This document shows, one piece after another, positions 26,696 to 35,525 of a stretch of DNA of 64,000 bases. The number at the start of each line of letters is the position of its first letter. The first letter of the stretch is position 1. Source of the stretch: Candidatus Margulisiibacteriota bacterium (GTDB taxonomy: Bacteria; Margulisbacteria; WOR-1; O2-12-FULL-45-9); the NCBI GenBank assembly GCA_041658745.1, contig JBAZZP010000003.1:83423-147422 (forward strand), read 5' to 3'. The notes beneath the pieces were generated by a model. The model saw only the letters and a list, made by a program, of their open reading frames with translations. It did not search any database and had not been told where the DNA came from. The translations under genes were made by a program, and so were the position numbers.

Positions 26696-27646
26696 ATGAT
26701 TTCGCGCATATCAAAACATGCAGCAAAACCTACACATCAAAAAAATGCTGCTCCAATGCGACCAGGCTTCGCTAAGCTCGAGAAGGTCGGCACCTTTCAA
26801 GAGTGGTTCGAGGTTTACAGGCTCACGCCGGATACATATGCAATTTATGAACCGTATCAATTCCAGGAAGCGATCTGCTATCTTGCTCTGGGCACATCGA
26901 AGGCACTGCTCATAGACACCGGTAACGGCATTGGCAACATTCGAGATGTTGCCTCCACATTAACAGGTTTGCCCATCTCAGTTGTCCTAACTCACGAGCA
27001 CGCGGATCACTACGGCGGCGCGCATTTATTTGAGCACGTTGCCGTTTACAATTTTCAGGCAGCGCTTAAGGAGCTGCGACAAGGGGTTCCGAACGCATCC
27101 GCATGCTGCTCCATCACTGGGAATAACTTATGGGGACCGCTTCCTAATGGGGTTGATCCCGCGACTTGGTCTGTGCTGCCGGTCAATCCCGATTTGCTGC
27201 TCGAAGAGGGCTCAATAGTTGATTTGGGTGGCCGTCAGCTTGAAGTGATCCACACGCCAGGGCACTCGGCTTCCGAAATCTGCCTGCTGGATAACAGCCG
27301 CCGTCTATTGTTCTCGGGAGATCATTTTTACCCCGGTCCGTTGTATTTACAATCGGCAACGGCCGACATCCTCAGCATCTTCGTGGAATCGAACAATAAA
27401 TTAGTACAACGTGTTAATGAGTACGACCATGTGCTTGGCGGTCATAACGAGCCGTGGATCGACGCCGCCGTAATTCCCCGTGTTAGCCAAGCGATGGCGA
27501 TTGTTCTCTGTGGTGGTGGCGCTTTTTCTGAAGATCAGGGAATCAGACGTTATTTCTTCGACGGGTTCGATATCCTGCTTCGCGCTGCGAGCATCAAGAG
27601 TTACATGGTAAAACATCTGCCTGTTAGTGAAAAAAAGATGGATTGA
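26696..27646 (+). CDS. MBL-fold metallo-hydrolase
   Basis: THEHADHYGG (HxHxDH) and a downstream HTPGH motif. Local GC and codon usage are distinctly higher than in neighbours. Confidence 0.75.
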   Translation: MISRISKHAAKPTHQKNAAPMRPGFAKLEKVGTFQEWFEVYRLTPDTYAIYEPYQFQEAICYLALGTSKALLIDTGNGIGNIRDVASTLTGLPISVVLTHEHADHYGGAHLFEHVAVYNFQAALKELRQGVPNASACCSITGNNLWGPLPNGVDPATWSVLPVNPDLLLEEGSIVDLGGRQLEVIHTPGHSASEICLLDNSRRLLFSGDHFYPGPLYLQSATADILSIFVESNNKLVQRVNEYDHVLGGHNEPWIDAAVIPRVSQAMAIVLCGGGAFSEDQGIRRYFFDGFDILLRAASIKSYMVKHLPVSEKKMD

Positions 27647-27763
27647 TCTAGCTTAATCCTGGGAAAGAAATAAATCTGGAATTTTAAATCGCGTGAAATT
27701 TATTAGAAATATAGAAGAAAACAAAGTGAAAGATACAACGCAGAATACTTAGGAGATTAGAAC
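27647..27763 (+). promoter_or_regulatory. AT-rich intergenic leader with candidate promoter and AGGAG RBS for the downstream four- to five-gene operon
   Basis: AGGAG sits 9 nt before the ATG at 27764. AT-rich with TATAGA/TTAGAA-like elements. No alternative ORF. Confidence 0.3.
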
Positions 27764-28804
27764 ATGGTTAAAACCTCTGTTGCAGGAAATGTTGGCGGGG
27801 ACAGTTTGGTTAGAGCCCTGCTATGTTCTCAAGCTTCTATAAGAGGGGACCAAAAAAGAAGCCGAAGTTGTGGCATAAGGATATTTTCACAATACTTAGG
27901 GAGAAACTCCGCAAGACAAGAGGCATGGGTGAAAAACACCCCCCTTTCACCGGAAGTGGTTTTTGCTCGTGCTAGTTTAGATAGTGCTTGGCTAAAACAA
28001 GCTGGGCAATGGCTGGAAACCTCAACTGACCCAAAACAACGGGCGGCCATGTTAAAAAGACTTGGGGCTGAAAAGCTTGAACCAGAAAATCTTTACCCCC
28101 TTCCCGAAATTGAGTTACCCATGGTGCCCCACATTCCAACAGGGCCATTCACGATGGGCAGTCAGCAATTTGATGACGCTAAACCTTTGAGAGAAATAAT
28201 CCTTGATCCTTTTAGTATAAGTATTTTCCCAGTAACCAGAGCCCAATATTTGATAGGAATGCAGCAAGCAGGTTTAATCACACCGGAATATTGGAAGCAA
28301 ACAGACGGAGAATTGATTTGCCCTTCCCATCCGGTTACCGGTGTAACTTGGGAACAGGCCAACGCGTTTGCAGAGTGGCTTGGCCGAAGATTACCTACCG
28401 AAGCTGAATGGGAATTCTCCGCTAGAGGTTATGATGAAAAACTCTATCCATGGGGAAACATATTTGATCCTTCACGGGCGGCCTTTCACCAACGGGGAAC
28501 CAGCCCCGTTGATGCCTACCCAACCGGTGTATCTTGGAATGGGATTTTTGGACTAGCTGGTAATATTTGTGAGTGGTGCGCTGATTGGTATGCTTCATAT
28601 GACCCGTCCGCATTACACAACCCTCGCGGCCCAGAAGAAGGAAGCATGCGAGTTTTACGTGGTGGGTCACATTTCTATGATGAGCCCGAATTATTGCGTA
28701 GTGATCGTCGCAACAAGCATTATCCAAGCATCGTCGGCAATAGTTATGGTTTTCGCGTAGCGGAAGGGGGCATTGTTCCCCCAAATGGCTTAGTTAAAAA
28801 ATAG
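27764..28804 (+). CDS. FGE-sulfatase (SUMF1/EgtB/PvdO) domain protein with about 120-aa N-terminal region of unknown function
   Basis: C-terminal HPVTGVTWEQANAFAEWLGRRLPTEAEWEFSARG...YPWGN...CEW...RGGS is the FGE-sulfatase fold signature. Confidence 0.75.
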   Translation: MVKTSVAGNVGGDSLVRALLCSQASIRGDQKRSRSCGIRIFSQYLGRNSARQEAWVKNTPLSPEVVFARASLDSAWLKQAGQWLETSTDPKQRAAMLKRLGAEKLEPENLYPLPEIELPMVPHIPTGPFTMGSQQFDDAKPLREIILDPFSISIFPVTRAQYLIGMQQAGLITPEYWKQTDGELICPSHPVTGVTWEQANAFAEWLGRRLPTEAEWEFSARGYDEKLYPWGNIFDPSRAAFHQRGTSPVDAYPTGVSWNGIFGLAGNICEWCADWYASYDPSALHNPRGPEEGSMRVLRGGSHFYDEPELLRSDRRNKHYPSIVGNSYGFRVAEGGIVPPNGLVKK

Positions 28805-28840
28805 AGTGAAATTTATTAAGAGAGGGGCTGATATAAAGGC

Positions 28841-30463
28841 ATGAACAAAGTAACGACTCAAGGCACTGCCGCTCAAATCAGGCAGCTATCAGCATTAACT
28901 GCCCGGCTGGTAAAAACGGGGAGCATTAGTCCCTCTCAAGGAGAAAATAGGGTCGCTAAACTAATTGTTAGAACCATGCAACGCGGAGGATTTTCTATCG
29001 CTGATCCGCTAACAAGCGATGTCCTTCTATCCGCCAGCACCGGCTTAATTCCACTGCCCGACGGAAGGGCAAATGCCTTTGCCTTCCTGCCCGCCTTAGA
29101 AAGAACCGATAAAACATTATTACTATTTGGCCACATGGATACTGTTGGGATAGATGATTTTGGCCAGCTAAAAGGTGTGGCAAACGATCCCGTAAAATTA
29201 AGAAAGGCTCTCATAGAAGAAGGAAGCGAAGCTGAGGCCATTAAGGACTTACTAACTGGGAACTGGATGTGCGGACGTGGGTCATTGGATATGAAGAGCG
29301 GTCTCGCCATTGAAATGACAACCTTAATTAATCTTCGCAGTAATCCTTCCAATGGGAATATTCTTTTTATGGGAATGCCCGACGAAGAAAACGATTCGGC
29401 CGGTATGCTGGGCGCTGTCCCATTTTTAAAACATTTTGCCGAATTACACCAGCTCAACCTAATGGGAGCCATTAATGCCGACTATACTACCGAAAGATTT
29501 CCAGGAGATAGCAACCGCTATTTGTATTTGGGAACAGTTGGTAAACTTTTACCAACTTTTTTAGTCATTGGCAGTACAACCCACGTGGGAGAGATTTTTA
29601 ACGGGATCAACCCTTCATTAATCCTTGCCCAGCTAGCTGCTCAAATGGAAACTAATCCGGCCTTTTGCGATACAATGGAAGGAGAAACGACCCTTCCCCC
29701 CACTGCATTAAAGTTTTCCGACCTAAAAGCAGGTTATAATGTGCAAACTCCGCTCTCTGCCTGGGCATATTTTAATTTATTCACCCATTCAATGACTCCG
29801 GAAAACGCCATGCAGCATATTTTGTCTATCGCTCGGGAAGCAGCACATAGGTCCCAACAAATATTGCGGGCAAGAACCAGGGATTTTAATGTGCGGACTG
29901 GCAGCAACCATCCCGATACCCAAATTAACATTTCTGTTTTGCCTTTTGACGAATTAGCTACTGGGCTTACAATTGATTCTTCGGCTGCTGCAATAGCTAC
30001 CGATCCACGGGATAAAAGCCGACTAATTGTTGAAGATTTATGGAGAAGGTCGGGAAGATCGCTTGGTAGACATGAGGCGGTGATTATCCCATTTTTGTCT
30101 CCACCTTACTATCCACATGGACATGTTTCGAAGGAAGAATCGGCCGCTTCCTCTTTTATTTCAGCAGCAACAGCTAGTGCAAAACGGGCCGGATTAGCCG
30201 TCAGGAAATTTTATCCGTATATTTCGGATGCCAGCTTTCTGCGGGCGCCCATGACCGGAGCAGACATGACCAGTCTATTGCCTTTATGGGAAAAGGGCTA
30301 TCGTCTTCCCATCGAAGACATTCGTGCATTAAATTTACCCGTAATTAATTTAGGACCTTGGGGAAAGGGGGCGCATCAGAGAATCGAAAGAATTGAAACC
30401 AGTTATTCTTTTGGAAGGCTTCCACAAATTATGGAAGATGTTATCCGTAATACCTTTAGATAA
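28841..30463 (+). CDS. M20/M25/M40 family metallo-hydrolase (peptidase/amidohydrolase), long form
   Basis: LLFGHMDTVG, GRGSLDMKSG and PDEEN metal-binding motifs. 540 aa. Confidence 0.7.
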   Translation: MNKVTTQGTAAQIRQLSALTARLVKTGSISPSQGENRVAKLIVRTMQRGGFSIADPLTSDVLLSASTGLIPLPDGRANAFAFLPALERTDKTLLLFGHMDTVGIDDFGQLKGVANDPVKLRKALIEEGSEAEAIKDLLTGNWMCGRGSLDMKSGLAIEMTTLINLRSNPSNGNILFMGMPDEENDSAGMLGAVPFLKHFAELHQLNLMGAINADYTTERFPGDSNRYLYLGTVGKLLPTFLVIGSTTHVGEIFNGINPSLILAQLAAQMETNPAFCDTMEGETTLPPTALKFSDLKAGYNVQTPLSAWAYFNLFTHSMTPENAMQHILSIAREAAHRSQQILRARTRDFNVRTGSNHPDTQINISVLPFDELATGLTIDSSAAAIATDPRDKSRLIVEDLWRRSGRSLGRHEAVIIPFLSPPYYPHGHVSKEESAASSFISAATASAKRAGLAVRKFYPYISDASFLRAPMTGADMTSLLPLWEKGYRLPIEDIRALNLPVINLGPWGKGAHQRIERIETSYSFGRLPQIMEDVIRNTFR

Positions 30464-30484
30464 AAAAACAAGGAGGAAAAGAAA

Positions 30485-31171
30485 ATGGCAGTATTAAGTA
30501 TTGGTTCAATCCACGTGCAAAAATTATACAGAGGAATGAGGACTCCTGAAAGCACAATGAAAATTGGGGGGGAACGCTTGGCCCACATCCTAGGGGTTAG
30601 GCCGGGAACAGCTTCTTTCGGGAGAATTGCTTTCGGCAATCAAGAATTAGATCTCAGGGAAATAGTAAACTTGGCTGCTCCTGCCGACATAGCCGTAAAT
30701 GGCAGGGAAGAGATTGACGCGGCAAAAGCACAAGCAATTTTAGCTGCTAGAGTAACTGGCAACTGGGAAACGGCCAATGGATTGCTTGGAACTAATTTGC
30801 ACGCAAGCCGCACGATAAGAAGATCGCTAGCTTATACTCTTTTGGAAGAAGGAGTAGCAGCCTTTAACCGTTTAAGAGAATCCTTAAGTGAAGCAACTGT
30901 TAATCTGCGCGGCGTCGAAATGCCCGAGATTGACCTTTCTGGCGCTACCCTTTCTGGTGCAGAATTAGCGTTTGCCAATTTGTCTAGGACACGTTTCTCG
31001 AGTAAGACCAGATTAGACGGTGCAGATTTAACCGGCGCAAACCTAGCTGGGGCAGATCTATCAAATGCAGATTTGTCAACGGCGCTTGTTGCAGAGGCGA
31101 CCTATTCTAGCGCTACTCGATTTCCAGCAAATTTCGATCCTGCAAATCTTGGAATGATAAAAATAGGATAA
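30485..31171 (+). CDS. Pentapeptide-repeat protein with about 140-aa N-terminal domain of unknown function
   Basis: C-terminal tandem A(D/N)LxG pentapeptides: LSGATLSGAELAFANLSRTRF...LDGADLTGANLAGADLSNADLSTA. Confidence 0.75.
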   Translation: MAVLSIGSIHVQKLYRGMRTPESTMKIGGERLAHILGVRPGTASFGRIAFGNQELDLREIVNLAAPADIAVNGREEIDAAKAQAILAARVTGNWETANGLLGTNLHASRTIRRSLAYTLLEEGVAAFNRLRESLSEATVNLRGVEMPEIDLSGATLSGAELAFANLSRTRFSSKTRLDGADLTGANLAGADLSNADLSTALVAEATYSSATRFPANFDPANLGMIKIG

Positions 31172-31187
31172 TAAAGGAGGAAATAAT

Positions 31188-32447
31188 ATGACAACTTTAA
31201 TCGGGACAGCGCTTAGGAATTATTCTCATCTCAAAATGGACACAATTAGAGCCTCAATTCAAGAATCAGTTGGCTCATTAAGGTCAAGATTGAGAGAAAG
31301 ACATCGAGGGACATTGGTTCAACAGGCAACAGAGGTTGCCAGAAAGGGGGCAGCTCTCAGCATTTATTGCCCAATCAACGTAGCACTTGCCCACACCGCC
31401 GCACCAAGATTGGAAGCGGTCGCTAAACCGGACTCACAGTCAAGGATTTTGTCCAGAAGGCCAATGACAATTGTAACTGTTAACTCCGGTTTTTGTGCCG
31501 GAAAATCTACCGATCCCAACCTGCAAACCCCCAACATGGTTGTAAGCAGATTGCGGGAAATGCTTTTAACTTTAGGCGACCAATGGAAATCCATTGGTAA
31601 AAATTTAAAATGGGTGCATGCCCCTACCGTATTTTACCCAAGCAAACCGATTGAATTAGCAAGGGTGGATGATCGCAATCCCAATTCGTTTAAGTATATA
31701 CGAGAAGCTGTTCTAAATTACTACTTTTCTTATTCAACAACTATTAATGGGGTGCTAGAGAGAGGATTTTCTCCATTACTCGTCGGAGGAGATCATTCTT
31801 TGGCTTTTGCGAGCGTCTCTACCGTAAGCAACCACTATTTTAGAAAAACTGGAAAAACCGCCGGATTGGTTTGGGTTGATGCCCATGGAGATATAAACAC
31901 TAGAGCTACTTCGCCGTCAGGAAATTTCCATGGCGGACCAGTTGCTGCCCTGCTTGGGATATCCAACACAGTTATGGATCTTTTCATGGAAAAACCATTA
32001 AACCCCAGAAACATCGTATATATTGCCATTAGAGATTTGGATCCAGGAGAAATTGCAACTATTGCCCGTCTTGGCATAAAAGTTTTTAGCGCCAAGGACA
32101 TTGAAAAAGATGGATTGGAATCGGTAATGCAACAAGCCAGAGCCATTGCCGGCCAAGGAACCTCTGGTATTTGTGTTTCATTTGATATTGATGGAGTTGA
32201 AGGAACCCATGTCCCCGGAACAGGAACTCCGGTTAGTGTTGGAGAAAATATGGACAAGAGGGGCCTTACTCCTCAAGAAGCCAAAGATATGGCAACCATT
32301 TTCGGGAGCTGGAGGAACCTTATTTCTTTTGACATGGTAGAAGTAAATCCCGAAATTGATCAAAAACCGGGGTTTCCAACAGTCCAACTCGCCAGTGAAA
32401 TTCTTACAAACTTTATTGTCAGCCGTAACGACACTTCCATAACATAG
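31188..32447 (+). CDS. Arginase/agmatinase/formiminoglutamase-family ureohydrolase with about 110-aa N-terminal extension
   Basis: LLVGGDHSLAF, WVDAHGDINT and SFDIDGVEG...PGTGTP Mn-binding motifs. Confidence 0.75.
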   Translation: MTTLIGTALRNYSHLKMDTIRASIQESVGSLRSRLRERHRGTLVQQATEVARKGAALSIYCPINVALAHTAAPRLEAVAKPDSQSRILSRRPMTIVTVNSGFCAGKSTDPNLQTPNMVVSRLREMLLTLGDQWKSIGKNLKWVHAPTVFYPSKPIELARVDDRNPNSFKYIREAVLNYYFSYSTTINGVLERGFSPLLVGGDHSLAFASVSTVSNHYFRKTGKTAGLVWVDAHGDINTRATSPSGNFHGGPVAALLGISNTVMDLFMEKPLNPRNIVYIAIRDLDPGEIATIARLGIKVFSAKDIEKDGLESVMQQARAIAGQGTSGICVSFDIDGVEGTHVPGTGTPVSVGENMDKRGLTPQEAKDMATIFGSWRNLISFDMVEVNPEIDQKPGFPTVQLASEILTNFIVSRNDTSIT

Positions 32448-32454
32448 CAACAAT

Positions 32455-34344
32455 TTGGCGAATAGTCCAAATAAGGGGGAAAACATGGCAATCGATAGAG
32501 AAATGGGCCTGCAGAGATTAAGATTTATTCTGCCCGGAAGGCATACACAGCCGATGCTGGCAACCCATCCTGCTCCAAGGACGGAAGGAGTTCCAACCAT
32601 TGCCGGCTTAGGCAGTCCTTTGCGGATTGCTACCCGTCCCCCTCTCTTTAAACCTTTATTGCAGAGAGAGTTTTTTGCAGCTTTAGCCACAGCTTTCCCT
32701 GCCTACCAATTAACCCCTGAAGTAGAAAAACAGCTAGGAGTTACTTATCCAAAACTAGCCGATCATGGCGATTATGCTATCCCCGTTTTTGCTCTGTCCA
32801 AAGCGATAAGACAAGCTCCTGCAACTATCGCCGAAAAAATTGCCTCCGAAATGCGCGCCAATCCGGACATTAACCGTTATTTCGATATTAATGTGATTAA
32901 TGGTTATATTAATTTCCGCTTTAGTGATGCTTTTTTGATGGCCTCTGCCACTTCCCTAGATTCAACTTTTGGGAATAACGATACTTTGGCGGGACAAACC
33001 ATTCAGGTTGAATGGGTCTCGGCTAATCCAACCGGACCGTTACACATTGGCCATGCTCGCTGGGCGGTGATGGGAGATTTACTTTGCAAAATGCTCGAAG
33101 CCTGTGGCGCAACTGTGCAACGCGAATTTTATGTTAATGACGCCGGCGCCCAGATTGAGCGCTTTAGGAAATCCGTCCAAGCCGCCAAAGAAGGAAGCGC
33201 CATCCCGGAAGATGGCTATCATGGACAATATATCTATGAAATTGCCAAACAAGGGGGAGACCCTGTTTTGCTTATGATGGAATATCAACGTCTTTCACTG
33301 GAAGCCATCGGTGTCCATTTTGATCGTTGGTTTTCGGAAAAAACCCTCTACATTCCCGATGCAGAAGGCAGAACGATGGTAGATAAGGGCTTAGCCATTT
33401 TAGAAGCTGCCCACTTAACCTACCGCGCCGCCGAAGGAGAACAGGTTGACGAAGAAATAAACGCTCCCGTAAACAGAAAAGGACAAGCCCAAACCGGAGA
33501 AGCCTTATGGTTTCGTTCTACCCAATTTGGTGACACTAAGGACAGAGTACTCATCAAGGCAAATGGCGCTGCAACCTACTTTTTAGGAGACATTGCTTAT
33601 CACTTAGATAAAGTTGGGCGTGGCTTTGATTTCTTGTTCAATATTTTAGGGGCCGACCACGGCGGTTATGTCGCCCGTCTTTCAGCTGCGATCCAGGCTT
33701 TATCTGACGGAAAACAAGGCCACCACATAATCATTGGCCAATTAGTTAAATTACTAAAGGAAGACCCCGATTCACACCAACTAGTAGAGGCCCGCATGTC
33801 AAAACGCACCGGCGAAATGGTCTCTTTGGGAGATATAACCGAAGCTATTGGGGCAGATGCGGTACGCGTTTTTATGGGGAGCGCCGGATTTGATACCGCC
33901 GTAAATATCAATTTGGATGTTGCTACCAAAAAGTCTTCTGATAATCCAGTATTTTACATCCAGTACGCCCACGCCCGCATTGCCCAGTTATTAAAAAAAG
34001 CACAGGAACAAGGCATCACTCCAGCCACAACCATTCCTGCCGATTATAGACTAAATACCGAAGAGAGAGCGCTATTAGCAGCTATCTACAAAATACCGGA
34101 TGAAATATTAGAGGCTGCTGATGCTCAGGCCACCCAGAGGATCCTTCAATTTACGATGGATCTGGCAACCCGCTTCCATGCTTTTTATCATGCGCACCAT
34201 ATTGTTAACGAACATGATTTGCCTACCAGCCAAGCAAGATTGGCTCTCTGCCAGGCAACTGCGCAAGTTCTTAAAAACGTTTTTGCTCTTATGGGGATTT
34301 CTGCACCAGAAGAAATGGCAGCCAGAGAAGAAGCACCAGTTTAA
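32455..34344 (+). CDS. argS: Arginine--tRNA ligase
   Basis: Add-1 N-domain, HIGH motif (PTGPLHIGHARWAV), anticodon-binding DALR C-terminus. True start is probably internal (e.g. MLATHP at about 32554) or a non-ATG codon. Confidence 0.9.
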   Translation: MANSPNKGENMAIDREMGLQRLRFILPGRHTQPMLATHPAPRTEGVPTIAGLGSPLRIATRPPLFKPLLQREFFAALATAFPAYQLTPEVEKQLGVTYPKLADHGDYAIPVFALSKAIRQAPATIAEKIASEMRANPDINRYFDINVINGYINFRFSDAFLMASATSLDSTFGNNDTLAGQTIQVEWVSANPTGPLHIGHARWAVMGDLLCKMLEACGATVQREFYVNDAGAQIERFRKSVQAAKEGSAIPEDGYHGQYIYEIAKQGGDPVLLMMEYQRLSLEAIGVHFDRWFSEKTLYIPDAEGRTMVDKGLAILEAAHLTYRAAEGEQVDEEINAPVNRKGQAQTGEALWFRSTQFGDTKDRVLIKANGAATYFLGDIAYHLDKVGRGFDFLFNILGADHGGYVARLSAAIQALSDGKQGHHIIIGQLVKLLKEDPDSHQLVEARMSKRTGEMVSLGDITEAIGADAVRVFMGSAGFDTAVNINLDVATKKSSDNPVFYIQYAHARIAQLLKKAQEQGITPATTIPADYRLNTEERALLAAIYKIPDEILEAADAQATQRILQFTMDLATRFHAFYHAHHIVNEHDLPTSQARLALCQATAQVLKNVFALMGISAPEEMAAREEAPV

Positions 34345-34350
34345 TTATAT

Positions 34351-34962
34351 TTATCCAGCTTGAATATGCCGGACAAGCTCAATAATGCCATCGCTGATGA
34401 ACTGCACGGCGATGGCGGCAATGATAATAACCATAACCCTTGAAATGGCCTTAAAAAAAGGTCCACCAAGTTTGTTGTAGAAAACTTCTCCCCAATAGAG
34501 GGTCATGAAGCTTAAAAAGAAGTTAATTACTACCGCTATAGCTGTAGCAACAAAACCAACCGTCCCAATTAACACCATCGTAGTCGTAATTGCTCCCGGT
34601 CCAACCAGCAGCGGACAACCCATCGGCATTACACCAACATCTTGCGCCCCTTCTGGCTTGTGGTGTCCACGCACCAACAGCATAATGGCAATTGCCAAAA
34701 GTAAAATCCCACCAGCAATTTTAAAATCGCGAAGAGTAATATGAAAAATGTTGAGGATTAATGATCCAAAAAGGGCAAAGATGCTTAACAGGATAAAACC
34801 AAAGACCACCGCACTAATAAACTGCTTCAATCTTTCTTTTTCGTCCAGGTCGTCGGTAAGTCCCATAAAAATAGGCAAATTGCCCAGTGGGTCAGTGATC
34901 ACAAACAAAGCCGTGACCGCCTGCAATAAACCATACCAATTAAAATCCATCACGCCCAGCAT
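34351..34962 (-). CDS. MarC family (UPF0056) integral membrane protein
   Basis: Six TM helices with ITDPLGNLPIF and GCPLLVGPGAITT signatures. Confidence 0.75.
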   Translation of the reverse strand: MLGVMDFNWYGLLQAVTALFVITDPLGNLPIFMGLTDDLDEKERLKQFISAVVFGFILLSIFALFGSLILNIFHITLRDFKIAGGILLLAIAIMLLVRGHHKPEGAQDVGVMPMGCPLLVGPGAITTTMVLIGTVGFVATAIAVVINFFLSFMTLYWGEVFYNKLGGPFFKAISRVMVIIIAAIAVQFISDGIIELVRHIQAG

Positions 34963-35015
34963 TATAACAGATGCGGACGCTAGTATGCTAGAATATCAAA
35001 GAAAGCAGGCAAAAT

Positions 35016-35474
35016 ATGATTTTTGATTCGCTAGAAAACCTAAAGAAATACAAAGGGATCCCCAATCTAGAAGATCTCCTTGAGTTTATTCAAAACCACT
35101 ACTTAGCTTCTCTGCCAGAAGGCGACATCGCCATCAAAGGCAAGGAATTATATGTAAAAGTTTTGCATTATTTACCAAAGGAAGTAAAAGAAAAGAAATT
35201 TGAAACCCATAAACTTTATGCTGACATACAGGTGATCATAAAAGGCTCTGAAAAAATATTACTGACAAACGAGAAAAACCTACACAAAATTACCGATTAT
35301 GATTCCAAAGATGATTATCAGCTTTTTTCATCCCAAAATGATATTTCCGAACTTATCATCGGCGAAAAGGAATTTGTTGTTTTTTTCCCGGGGGAAGCAC
35401 ATATGCCTGGCTGTCTTAATACTGACTTGAGTGCGCCTGTCATAAAGTTGGTTTTTAAATCTCAGTGCGGATAA
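35016..35474 (+). CDS. YhcH/YjgK/YiaL (TabA/DUF386) family protein
   Basis: HxxYxDIQ...KGSEKI...FFPGEAHMPG pattern of the family. 152 aa. Confidence 0.65.
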   Translation: MIFDSLENLKKYKGIPNLEDLLEFIQNHYLASLPEGDIAIKGKELYVKVLHYLPKEVKEKKFETHKLYADIQVIIKGSEKILLTNEKNLHKITDYDSKDDYQLFSSQNDISELIIGEKEFVVFFPGEAHMPGCLNTDLSAPVIKLVFKSQCG

Positions 35475-35525
35475 AACAAACCTGACCGATTTACCTCTTC
35501 TTCCTTTTGGGTTAGAATTACAAAT

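Noticed and set aside
28422-28784. Cys/His-rich 120-aa antisense ORF inside the FGE-like gene
   Set aside because: It lies entirely within a well-supported CDS on the opposite strand. The C/H richness is a reverse-complement artefact of the Trp/Ala/Gly codons of the FGE domain.
34351-35474. marC plus yhcH pair as a multiple-antibiotic-resistance locus
   Set aside because: MarC homologs are generic UPF0056 membrane proteins with no demonstrated resistance role. No marRAB regulator is present.
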